Positions 28,578-37,437 of a stretch of DNA of 64,000 nt are shown here, one piece after another. Position numbers and translations under genes: made by a program. The stretch comes from Clostridia bacterium (lineage in GTDB: Bacteria > Bacillota > Clostridia > Christensenellales > UBA1242): contig JAQVWL010000002.1 in the NCBI GenBank assembly GCA_028709705.1, forward strand, positions 68,184 through 132,183, given 5' to 3'. Each line of letters begins with the position of its first letter. The stretch's first letter is position 1. The notes beneath the pieces were generated by a model. The model ran no database searches. It was given only the letters and a program-made list of their open reading frames with translations, and was not told the DNA's origin.

Positions 28578-28840
28578 TTCGCTTCTCCTTTTATATTTGT
28601 TGGAATAGGGTCAAAACCACCTTTGCTTTTTTGATTGCATTTTATAAGTCTTTTAAAACCAATAAGTATTCCTTTAAAAAAATGAAATTCTTTGATTGAA
28701 TTTATCATATAACTTGAACAAGAAGGTGTAAAACGGCATACTTTTGGTTTTAGTGGGGAAATAAAAATTTTGTATAACCAAACAAGCCCTATAAAAAACC
28801 AATCAAATGGCAAGTAAATCAAATTTAAAATTTTATTCAT
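28565..28840 (-). CDS. yidD: Membrane protein insertion efficiency factor YidD
   Basis: ISPLKPKVCRFTPSCSSYMINSIKEF is the hallmark YidD motif. Confidence 0.9.
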   Translation of the reverse strand: MNKILNLIYLPFDWFFIGLVWLYKIFISPLKPKVCRFTPSCSSYMINSIKEFHFFKGILIGFKRLIKCNQKSKGGFDPIPTNIKGEAKWIL

Positions 28841-29174
28841 TTATAAGGTTCGCCTTTTTAAAACAATATTCCATTTCTTTTTTTATTTCAAAAAAACCCA
28901 AGTTATCTATTCCTTTTTTTGCAACAATTACATAGTTAAAATTAGGATTAATATTTTTTTGTATCAAATTAAAACTTTCCCTTAATCGTCTTTTTACTTT
29001 ACTTCTAACTACACTTTTTCCAATTTTATTTGAAACTGAAAAACCAACTTTATAAGGTTTGAATTTTGTTTTGACAAAAATCAAAGTAATAAATTTTGAT
29101 TGTTTTGACTGACCTTTTCTATAAATAAATTGAAAATGTCTATTTTTTGTTAAGCGGTGTTCTTTTTTTATCAC
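28833..29174 (-). CDS. rnpA: Ribonuclease P protein component
   Basis: KKEHRLTKNRHFQFIYRKG..., 113 aa, GTG start, 13 nt downstream of rpmH. Confidence 0.9.
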   Translation of the reverse strand: MIKKEHRLTKNRHFQFIYRKGQSKQSKFITLIFVKTKFKPYKVGFSVSNKIGKSVVRSKVKRRLRESFNLIQKNINPNFNYVIVAKKGIDNLGFFEIKKEMEYCFKKANLINE

Positions 29175-29187
29175 ATTCCACCCCTAT

Positions 29188-29322
29188 TTATGCAGATAAA
29201 ACTTTTCTTCCCCTATTTCTTCGGTTTTTTATAACATTTCTTCCACCTTGGGTTTTCATTCTTTCTCTAAAACCGTGAACTTTACTTCTTTGGCGTTTTT
29301 TTGGTTGATATGTTCTTTTCAT
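29188..29322 (-). CDS. rpmH: 50S ribosomal protein L34 (not in the ORF track, 44 aa)
   Basis: The reverse-strand translation is [50 protein letters not shown] lies upstream. Confidence 0.95.
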   Translation of the reverse strand: MKRTYQPKKRQRSKVHGFRERMKTQGGRNVIKNRRNRGRKVLSA

Positions 29323-29404
29323 AGTATCCTCCTGTTTGTGTGTTTAACTTTTCTATTATAAGTTAACAATCAAAATAAGTCAAGAAAAATTTTGATAGAA
29401 ATTT

Positions 29405-29438
29405 ATCAAAAAAACACACTTAAATTAAGTGTGTTTTA
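29405..29438 (-). terminator. Intrinsic terminator after the HAD-like gene
   Basis: ACACACTTAA/TTAAGTGTGT palindrome (29414-29434), followed by T7 on the minus strand. Confidence 0.65.
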
Positions 29439-29443
29439 AAATT

Positions 29444-29776
29444 TTATATAATGATTTTGTCAAAGTTTTTTAAAAAGTTTGGATTTACACTTCTATCGTC
29501 TATATAAATATCTGCTCCAATTTTTCTTGAATCGTTATTGTATTCCATATTTCTTTCCGGAACATTTTGATTTACATAATCAAAATCCAAACCAACTGTT
29601 TTACACATATCAACAGCTTCTTGAAGATATTTTCCTACTCTGCAAGTCCATAAAATTAAAGTATTACCTTCTTTTTTTAGGTTTTTTACAAAATTTATTA
29701 TATCCCATTTTGGTTGTCCTATATCTGGAAAAACATTTTCAAATAATGTTCCATCAAAATCTACTGCAACTACCAT
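29444..29776 (-). CDS. Small HAD-superfamily phosphatase-like protein (110 aa)
   Basis: VAVDFDGTL (HAD motif I) and IYIDD near the C-terminus. AGGTGA lies upstream. Confidence 0.6.
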   Translation of the reverse strand: MVVAVDFDGTLFENVFPDIGQPKWDIINFVKNLKKEGNTLILWTCRVGKYLQEAVDMCKTVGLDFDYVNQNVPERNMEYNNDSRKIGADIYIDDRSVNPNFLKNFDKIII

Positions 29777-29790
29777 ATCTCACCTATTTT

Positions 29791-30903
29791 TTAACCTTTC
29801 ATTAACCTAACAGGCAAAATCAAATATAGATATCTGTCTTGATCCCCATCAAATGGTGTAATAACACAAGGGTTTTGAGCAGAATTGAATTTTATGTTTA
29901 TAAATTCTTCTTGATTTACTTTCAATGCTTCCATAAAATATCTTGCATTAAAAGCAATCACAAACTCTTTTCCTTTAAACACAATGCTTAAATTTTCTTT
30001 TATATTTCCAATTTCAGAGCGTGAAGTAATACACAAGTTTTGGTCTCTTATATCAAATTGCACCAAGTTATTTTGTCCAATTTTGGAAAGCAAAGAAGCC
30101 CTTTCAAGTGCATCTTCTAATTGTTTTTTATTAATTGTTATCTTTGTTTCAAATTCACTGCTTATTATTTGTTTATAATTTATAAATTCGCCTTCAAGTA
30201 AACGAGTTGTGATAATACAATCTTCTAAATCAACCATCAAAAAATTTCTTTGAAAGTATATGTTTATAATTTTGTCGCTATCGTCTAATAGTTTTGCAAT
30301 TTCGTTCAAACTTCTTGCAGGAACAACAACAGAAGCAGATAAATTACTTTCTTTTATTTTTTGTGAATTAAGAGCAAGTCTAAACCCATCAAGAGCAACA
30401 GTTTTGATTTTTCCGTTTTCAATTTCAAACAAACAACCTTTAAGAATTGGTCTTGTGTCATCAATAGCAACGGAAAAAGCAGTTTTATTTATAAGGTTTT
30501 TAAAGTTTTTTTGTTCAATACCAAAAAAATCATTGCTTTCAAGTTTTTTAAAACAAGGGAATTCATAAACAGGGAAGCATTGAATAATAGTTTCACTATC
30601 AGTATATTTGATTTTTAAAGAATTGTTATCATTTAATTTTAACTCAATTCTTTCATTGGTAAGTTTTTTAATTAATTCTCCAAAAAATCTTCCTGGAACA
30701 ACTGTTTCTCCTTCAATTTTAACTTCTGCTTTTATCTTTTTTTCAATAGATAATTCCAAATCTGTGGCACTTAAAGTCACAATACCATCTTCCGCAACAA
30801 TTTTTATTCCTTCTAGAATAGGGTTTGTTGTTTTTGTACTTATAGCCCTTGAAACTGTTATAACAGCATCACATAAATCTAACCCATCACATATTAATTG
30901 CAT
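29791..30903 (-). CDS. dnaN: DNA polymerase III beta subunit (sliding clamp)
   Basis: 370 aa, MQLICDGLDLCDAVITVSRAIS..., three-domain length, AAGGAG upstream. Confidence 0.93.
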   Translation of the reverse strand: MQLICDGLDLCDAVITVSRAISTKTTNPILEGIKIVAEDGIVTLSATDLELSIEKKIKAEVKIEGETVVPGRFFGELIKKLTNERIELKLNDNNSLKIKYTDSETIIQCFPVYEFPCFKKLESNDFFGIEQKNFKNLINKTAFSVAIDDTRPILKGCLFEIENGKIKTVALDGFRLALNSQKIKESNLSASVVVPARSLNEIAKLLDDSDKIINIYFQRNFLMVDLEDCIITTRLLEGEFINYKQIISSEFETKITINKKQLEDALERASLLSKIGQNNLVQFDIRDQNLCITSRSEIGNIKENLSIVFKGKEFVIAFNARYFMEALKVNQEEFINIKFNSAQNPCVITPFDGDQDRYLYLILPVRLMKG

Positions 30904-31151
30904 TTTTTCTCCTTAAATTTTTTTAAATTTTTTGTTATACACGCGCGCTTATTATATAATATATTAAATATTATTTTAGTATTAGTATTAGTAGTGTTTG
31001 TGGAAATGTGGACAAGTTTTTACCCAAACACAATATATTGACTTGTTTTTAACAAATAACTACCATATACCGAAAAAAACTATCATTTTATTAAGTTTGT
31101 TTTTGGTGGATAAGTTTGTTAACAAAATTGCCAAATATCCACATTTCCACT
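30904..31151. other. Candidate oriC unwinding module in the dnaA-dnaN spacer
   Basis: DnaA boxes at 30999-31015 (TGTGGAAA+TGTGGACAA), 31105-31113 (GGTGGATAA) and 31135-31150 (ATATCCACA+TTTCCAC). A TAG-TAT-TAG-TAT-TAG-TAG trinucleotide array at 30977-30994 adjoins a box pair. A pure A/T tract runs 30951-30976. Confidence 0.6.
30977..30994. repeat. DnaA-trio-like trinucleotide array (TAGTAT TAGTAT TAGTAG)
   Basis: Six tandem TAG/TAT triplets lie 4 nt from the box pair at 30999-31015. Confidence 0.5.
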
Positions 31152-32504
31152 CTAACTAACATTTATAAGCATTTTTAACTGGGAAATTATATTTTTAATT
31201 TCAGGATCATTTTTAACTGATTCAGTTATTTTATCCCTTGCGTGAATAATTGTTGTGTGGTCTCTCCCTCCAAAGTATTTTCCAATACTTATCAAAGGAA
31301 CATCTAAAATTTCATTTATCAAATATATTGCTATCATTCTTGGTTCAACAATGTCTTTACTTTTCTTTTTTCCAACAATGTCTGTTTTTGATATGTTAAA
31401 ATGTGTGCAAACTACATCTGTTATTGAATCAAGAGTCAAATTTTCTTTCACAGTATTCAAATTTTCTTTAAACGCTTCTTTTGCTTCATCAATACCTGCA
31501 GATTTTTTTCCAAGCAAAGAAGCAAAGAAATGCACTTTTGAAAGTAAACCTTCCATCTCTCTAATATTTGTGTTGATTTTGTCTGCAATAAATTCAATTA
31601 CTTCATCATCAATAAAATATCTTTCCTGTTGTGCTTTTTTTCTTAAAATAGCAATTCTTGTTTCAAAGTCTGGCGGTTGAATATCTTGAATTAACCCACA
31701 AGCAAATCTTGATTCCAACCTTTGAGCAAGTGTCGCAATTTCTTTTGGAGGGCGATCGGAAGATAAAATAATTTGTTTGTTGTTTTGATATAAGTCGTTA
31801 AATGTGTGGAAGAACTCTTCTTGTGTGGAATCTTTTTTTGAAAGGAATTGAATATCATCAACCATAAGTATATCAAGATTTCTATATTTTTCTCTAAACT
31901 CAATTTTACTTTCTTCTTTTTTTGAAAGCATAGACTCAATATAATCGTTTGTAAATTTTTCACAAGTAACATATTTGATTTTTAGGTTTGGATAAAACTG
32001 AATTATATAATTTCCAATAGCGTGCAATAAGTGAGTTTTTCCTAAACCAACACCACCATAAATAAACAATGGATTAAATTTTTTTCCGGGATTTTCAGCA
32101 ACAGCTCTTGCACCCGCATAAACGAATTGATTGCTTTTTCCAACCACAAAATTTTCAAAAGTGTATTTCAAATTAAACATATTTTTATCTTCTTCTGTTT
32201 TTGTAAAAATTTGTTCATTTGCTGGATTATGTATTTTTATATATTGTTCTTTTTCAACAAGGTCAATAATTTCAACTTCTGTGTTTTCGTCAAAAACTTG
32301 AAACACAGTTTCTTTTATTTGTTTTAAGTGATTTTTTATTAGTTGATTTTTTGCAGTTGTTGTTGAAGCAACCAAAACCAAAACTTTATTTTCTCTATAT
32401 TCCAAAACTTCAATTGTTTTTATCCAAAGTTCAAAAGACACAGAACTAACTTGAACTTCTAACTTTGATAAAACTTTATTCCAAAGTGATTTTATTTCTT
32501 CCAT
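31152..32504 (-). CDS. dnaA: Chromosomal replication initiator DnaA
   Basis: 450 aa with AAA+ Walker A GGVGLGKTHLLHAIGN and C-terminal DNA-binding helix GGRDHTTIIHARDKI. Confidence 0.97.
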   Translation of the reverse strand: MEEIKSLWNKVLSKLEVQVSSVSFELWIKTIEVLEYRENKVLVLVASTTTAKNQLIKNHLKQIKETVFQVFDENTEVEIIDLVEKEQYIKIHNPANEQIFTKTEEDKNMFNLKYTFENFVVGKSNQFVYAGARAVAENPGKKFNPLFIYGGVGLGKTHLLHAIGNYIIQFYPNLKIKYVTCEKFTNDYIESMLSKKEESKIEFREKYRNLDILMVDDIQFLSKKDSTQEEFFHTFNDLYQNNKQIILSSDRPPKEIATLAQRLESRFACGLIQDIQPPDFETRIAILRKKAQQERYFIDDEVIEFIADKINTNIREMEGLLSKVHFFASLLGKKSAGIDEAKEAFKENLNTVKENLTLDSITDVVCTHFNISKTDIVGKKKSKDIVEPRMIAIYLINEILDVPLISIGKYFGGRDHTTIIHARDKITESVKNDPEIKNIISQLKMLINVS

Positions 32505-32608
32505 ATCGTGAGAACTCCTAATTTCATATTATTATATATTACTATACCAACAAAAGTCAATAAATTATCCAAAATCAAAAACCAATATAATTTTTGTAAA
32601 ACATTCAA

Positions 32609-32637
32609 TTTACAAATTTTTAAAAGTTTGGTATAAT
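32609..32637 (+). promoter_or_regulatory. Promoter abutting the recF start: TTTACA-N17-TATAAT-N6-GTG
   Basis: TTTACA at 32609-32614, TATAAT at 32632-32637, six A residues, then the GTG at 32644. No Shine-Dalgarno sequence. Confidence 0.4.
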
Positions 32638-32643
32638 AAAAAA

Positions 32644-33726
32644 GTGAAAATAAAAAACTTAAACTTAGAAAATTTTAGAAACTATTCACAAGTCAATGTG
32701 GATTTTTTTGATGGAGTAAATATTATTCAAGGAAAAAACGCACAAGGCAAAACCAATTTACTTGAAGCAATATTTTTTTGTTCAATAGGAAAAAGTTTAA
32801 GAGTTGGAAGAGAAAAAGAAATAATAAAATTTAACGAAAACAATGCAAAAATAAATATAAAAATAGAAAAAAAATATAAAAAATCACAAATTTTAATTTA
32901 TTTTTCTAAAAATAATAAAAAAAGCATTAAAATTGACAACATTTCAATAAAAAAAATTGGAGAACTTTTGGGTGAGTTTAATGCAATTTATTTTTCTCCT
33001 GATGAACTTAAATTAATAAAAGAGAGTCCGGAAGATAGAAGACGATTTATTGATATTCATATTTCACAAATTTCAAAACAATATTTTTACTTGTTAAATA
33101 GATATGAAAAAATATTAGCAAACAGAAATAAATTATTAAAAAATAATACTGATACAAAAATTTTAAAAGAAACAATTGAAATTTGGAATACACAATTAAT
33201 AGACATTGGAAGTAAAATAATTTTATATAGAATTGATTTTATAAACAAACTTTTACCTTATGCAAAAAAATCACATAGTTATCTAACAAGCAATGATGAG
33301 ATTTTAGATTTGGAATATAGTGGGATAAAAGGAAAAGATTTATTAGATATAAAAACAAAATTGCAAAAAGAATTGTCCAACAGTTTAAACAAAGATATAA
33401 AATTGGGTTTCACAAATATTGGCCCGCATAGAGATGATATAAAAATCTTTGTTAACAAGATAGATATAAAAACTTTTGGTTCGCAAGGTCAACAAAGAAC
33501 AGTAGCACTTTCTTTGAAACTTGCCGAACTTGAAATAATGAAAGAAGAAACAGGAGAAATGCCAATACTTTTACTTGATGATGTTTTAAGTGAGTTAGAT
33601 AAAAGCCGAAAAGAAAAGTTGTTAAAATTTTGTAGCAAAACTCAAACTTTTATAACAGGCACAGAGTTTGAATTTAATCCAAATTATCATTATTTTACAA
33701 TAAATAATGGAAATATAAAAAAATAA
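32644..33726 (+). CDS. recF: DNA replication and repair protein RecF
   Basis: KIKNLNLENFRNY, Walker A GKNAQGKTNLLEAI, and signature FGSQGQQRTVALSLKLAE...LLLDDVLSELD. Confidence 0.93.
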   Translation: MKIKNLNLENFRNYSQVNVDFFDGVNIIQGKNAQGKTNLLEAIFFCSIGKSLRVGREKEIIKFNENNAKINIKIEKKYKKSQILIYFSKNNKKSIKIDNISIKKIGELLGEFNAIYFSPDELKLIKESPEDRRRFIDIHISQISKQYFYLLNRYEKILANRNKLLKNNTDTKILKETIEIWNTQLIDIGSKIILYRIDFINKLLPYAKKSHSYLTSNDEILDLEYSGIKGKDLLDIKTKLQKELSNSLNKDIKLGFTNIGPHRDDIKIFVNKIDIKTFGSQGQQRTVALSLKLAELEIMKEETGEMPILLLDDVLSELDKSRKEKLLKFCSKTQTFITGTEFEFNPNYHYFTINNGNIKK

Positions 33727-33759
33727 AAACAAAAATATATTGTTTTTATTTTTTTATTA

Positions 33760-36132
33760 CTAAATTTTCTTTTTTGGAGTAAACATTTTGTTTATCAAAT
33801 TTTGCATTTTGGGAAAAAATATTAAAACAGGTATTGATATTAACACAATAATTCCTAAAATAGCAAACACTCTTTCGCTAAAATAAATATCAAAAAATTC
33901 TGGTATTATTAAAACTGATAACAATATTAAAACACTTGAAAGTAAAATGGTTGCCAATCTTAATAAAGTTATAGGGAAGCAAAGTCGAATTAAATTTAAC
34001 AATCCTGTTATTGTAAGAACCATAACGGTCAACGTAATAGTTTCATAAGGAGAGATAATTGCAAATTTGTCAAGTATCATTATAATTCCAACATTTACAA
34101 AAAGCAGTAATGCGCTAGGCATTGCTTTTTTTAATACAACAGCAATAAATTCGCCTTTTATTTTTTCACTATTAGGTTCTAATGCTAAAATAAACGAAGG
34201 AATACCAATTACAAAAACTTCTATCAAAATTAGATGGACTGATTCAAAAGGATAAGTTGTATGCAAACCAATAACAAACAAAGAAAAGAAAAATGCAAAA
34301 AAGGTTTTCATAAGGAACAATGTTGATGAGTTTTGAATATTGTTTATAACTTGCCTGCCTTCTTTTACAACAGAAGGCAAGGAAGAAAATTTTGAGTCCA
34401 TAAGCACTATATTGGAAATATTTCTTGCCACATCACTGCCATCTGCCATAGCAACACTACAATCTGCTTCTTTTAGTGCAAGAGTGTCGTTTACTCCATC
34501 GCCAGTCATAGCCACAACATAACCTTTGTTTTTTAATGTTTTGATAAGTTTATGTTTTTGCTCGGGGGACACTCTGCCAAAAATTGTAAAATTGTCTGCT
34601 AGTTTTGAAACATCAATTAAACTTACTCCATCAAGACTAACGCAACGGTCGGCATCTTCAACACCAACTCGTTTTGCAATATTGCTAACAGTTGTGGGAT
34701 TGTCACCAGAAATTATTTTTATCTTAACGCCATTTTCTTTAAACCAATTTATTGTTTCAATAGCATCTTCTCGTATATGGTCTTCTATTACTATTATTGC
34801 ATAAGGTTTTGTTGATTTGTTTAGTTCGGTGTCTTCGTCAATTATTGATTTGTCTGTATGTGCTAGAAGCAAAACTCTTTTGCCTTGTTCATAATAACTT
34901 CCAATCTTTTCCAAAAGTTTTTTATTTATGTTTTTGCAAACAAATTCTGGTGCACCCATAACATAAGTTCCAAATTCTTTAAAATAAGTGGCATTATATT
35001 TTCTATCAGAAGAAAAAGATATAATTTTATCCGCAAAGTAATACAAGTCATTTCCAAAATATTTTACAAGTGCTTGTGAAGTTGAATTATTTGTTTTGTG
35101 TGCGTTAAGGCAACTTTGTATTATTTTGTCAAAACTTTCATTTTGTTCCAAAAACTCAACATTTGTCACAGTCATAGTTCCATCAGTTATTGTTCCTGTT
35201 TTGTCAAGGCAAAGCATATCGATTCTTGCTAGCATTTCTATGCTATAAAGGTTTTGTATTAGAGTATGTTTTTTTGACAGTTTTACCACACCAACCGCAA
35301 GTGCTATTGTAACAAGCAAAAACATTCCCGCGGGGACCAAACCGGTTAAAGCCCCACAAGTTTTTATTATTGCAATGTTAAAATCGTTTGAAACATAAAA
35401 ATTGTTTATAAACATTATGATTGCTATGGGAATAATTGCTATGCCTATATATTTTATTATAACATTTAAATCTTTAAACAAATTTGAATTAGGGCTTTTA
35501 AATTTTTTTGCTTCTTTTGCTATTGTTTGTATGTAACTTTCGTTACCAATTTTGTTAACTCTTGCATAACAAGTGCCCGAAACAATAAAACTCCCCGCCA
35601 AAAGTTGATCATATTCTTTTTTTCTTATCGCAATTGATTCGCCTGTAAGCAAACTTTCGTTTACTTCGACAAACCCCGAAACCAAAATACTATCTGCTGG
35701 GATTTGGTTTCCTACTTCCAAAATAATTATATCATCAAGAACCAAATTGGTTGAAAAAATTTTTTTTGTTTCGCTATTTCTAACAACTTGAATTTTTGGT
35801 GCAGTAATTAGCGAAAGTTTTTCAACAGTATGTTTGGCTTTACATTCTTGCAATATGGCAATAAAAGTGTTTAAAAAAATAACAATTACAAACAACAAGT
35901 TGTTGTAAGACCCAACATATATATATGCAAAAATAATAATTGCCCAAATCAAGTTGAAATAAGTAAATGTGTTTTGCAAAATAATACCAAGATAGGATTT
36001 TGAAGTTTTGTTTTTGCTTTTGTTGATTAACTTCTGATTTTTGCGTTCTTGATATTGGATATTTGAAAGACCGTTTTCAATGTTTGGATTGTATCTAACA
36101 ATATCTATCTTTTTTTTATTTTCTTTTTTCAA
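33760..36132 (-). CDS. Cation-translocating P-type ATPase (790 aa)
   Basis: DKTGTITDG, TGES and MTGDGVNDTLALKEAD. TTG start with AGGAG 7 nt upstream. Confidence 0.88.
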   Translation of the reverse strand: MKKENKKKIDIVRYNPNIENGLSNIQYQERKNQKLINKSKNKTSKSYLGIILQNTFTYFNLIWAIIIFAYIYVGSYNNLLFVIVIFLNTFIAILQECKAKHTVEKLSLITAPKIQVVRNSETKKIFSTNLVLDDIIILEVGNQIPADSILVSGFVEVNESLLTGESIAIRKKEYDQLLAGSFIVSGTCYARVNKIGNESYIQTIAKEAKKFKSPNSNLFKDLNVIIKYIGIAIIPIAIIMFINNFYVSNDFNIAIIKTCGALTGLVPAGMFLLVTIALAVGVVKLSKKHTLIQNLYSIEMLARIDMLCLDKTGTITDGTMTVTNVEFLEQNESFDKIIQSCLNAHKTNNSTSQALVKYFGNDLYYFADKIISFSSDRKYNATYFKEFGTYVMGAPEFVCKNINKKLLEKIGSYYEQGKRVLLLAHTDKSIIDEDTELNKSTKPYAIIVIEDHIREDAIETINWFKENGVKIKIISGDNPTTVSNIAKRVGVEDADRCVSLDGVSLIDVSKLADNFTIFGRVSPEQKHKLIKTLKNKGYVVAMTGDGVNDTLALKEADCSVAMADGSDVARNISNIVLMDSKFSSLPSVVKEGRQVINNIQNSSTLFLMKTFFAFFFSLFVIGLHTTYPFESVHLILIEVFVIGIPSFILALEPNSEKIKGEFIAVVLKKAMPSALLLFVNVGIIMILDKFAIISPYETITLTVMVLTITGLLNLIRLCFPITLLRLATILLSSVLILLSVLIIPEFFDIYFSERVFAILGIIVLISIPVLIFFPKMQNLINKMFTPKKKI

Positions 36133-36200
36133 GTAAAACTCCTAAAAAGATAATAACATAAGTTAAAAAAAAAGACAAATAAAATTGTTGACAAAGATTT

Positions 36201-36250
36201 ATATATATAATAGTATATATTATAGTAATATAGTATATATATATAATATA
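36201..36250. repeat. Iterated TA-rich motif (ATAGTATATAT x2 with a 20-bp period, TATAGTA x3) in a divergent promoter region
   Basis: ATAGTATATAT occurs at 36210-36220 and 36230-36240. TTGACA lies at 36188-36193 upstream. Confidence 0.5.
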
Positions 36251-36311
36251 GAAAATTTCATCACAAAAAGTAAAATCTTATTATTAGTTAGTAAAATAAA
36301 AGGAAAAAAGT

Positions 36312-37410
36312 ATGATTTTAGATAACCAAAAACAAAAAATGCAAGAAGTTGTAAAAAATTTTGAATTTATAAAGGATTGTCTTTGACCCGCAAAAACTTA
36401 AACAAATTGTTCAAGAATGTCAAAAAAAACAAGAAGAACCTGACTTTTTTTTAGATAAAAAAACAGTAAAAAAAGTCGGCGTAGACTTAAAAATAGCCGA
36501 GGATAAAATCGCAATCATAAAAAAAATACAGTTATTGATTGAAGATAGTCAAACAATTTTAGAAATACTTGAAAATAGCGAAGATTTGGCACTTTTTGAA
36601 GAATTAAATTTTAATATAAACGAATTGGAAAACAGGTTACAAAATTTAAAAATTGAAACTTTGCTTAATGGAAAATACGACCAAAACAATGCAATTTTGA
36701 CTTTGCACGCAGGTGCCGGTGGTACCGAAGCACAAGATTGGGTTGAAATGCTTTTTAGAATGTACAAAATGTATGCTGAAAAACAAAATTACAAAATTGA
36801 CATTTTTGACATAGTTGATGGAGATGAGGCAGGAATAAAAAGTATAACATTTTTGGTTGAAGGCAAATACGCTTATGGTTATTTAAAAGCAGAAAAAGGT
36901 GTTCATCGTTTGGTAAGAATATCTCCTTTTGATGCAAATTTAAGAAGACACACAAGTTTCGCTTCTCTTGAAGTTATGCCAGAAATAGACGAACTTCCAG
37001 AAATTGAAATTGATGCAGAAGACTTGAAAATTGATACTTATCGAGCAAGCGGTGCAGGCGGACAACATATCAACAAAACTGATAGTGCAATTAGGATAAC
37101 GCATTTGCCAAGCGGAATTGTTGTTGCTTGCCAAAATCAACGCTCGCAAATCCAAAACAAAGAAACAGCAATGAAAATGCTTTATAGCAAACTAGCCGAA
37201 TTGAAAGAGCAAGAAGAAAAGCAAAATCTTGACAAAATAAGAGGCGAAATAAAAAAAATTGAATGGGGAAATCAAATAAGGTCTTATGTTTTTCACCCTT
37301 ACACAATGGTAAAAGACCATCGTACAAACTTTGAAACAAGTGATGTGCAAAGTGTAATGAATGGCAATATTCAACCTTTTATAATTGATTTTTGCTCAAA
37401 AAATGTGTAA
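36312..37410 (+). CDS. prfB: Peptide chain release factor 2, requiring a programmed +1 frameshift at 36384
   Basis: Frame 0 runs ATG36312...AAG GAT TGT CTT TGA(36384). The +1 frame is open from GAC36385 into ORF-track entry 36535..37410 (SGAGGQHINKTDSAIR, GGQ motif). Confidence 0.93.
36372..36387 (+). promoter_or_regulatory. RF2 autoregulatory +1 frameshift site (CTT TGA C) with a weak upstream SD-like AAGGA
   Basis: The sequence AAGGATTGTCTTTGAC is read directly, with the in-frame TGA at 36384-36386. Confidence 0.9.
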
Positions 37411-37437
37411 AAAAACCGCATATTTGCGGTTTTTTTA
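37409..37437. terminator. Bidirectional terminator between prfB and the RNase J gene
   Basis: ACCGCA/TGCGGT stem flanked by A6 and T7. Confidence 0.8.

Noticed and set aside
36195-36260. The TA-rich repeats as a CRISPR array or minisatellite
   Set aside because: There are only two exact 11-mers at 20-bp spacing, with no repeat-spacer organisation and no cas genes in the window.
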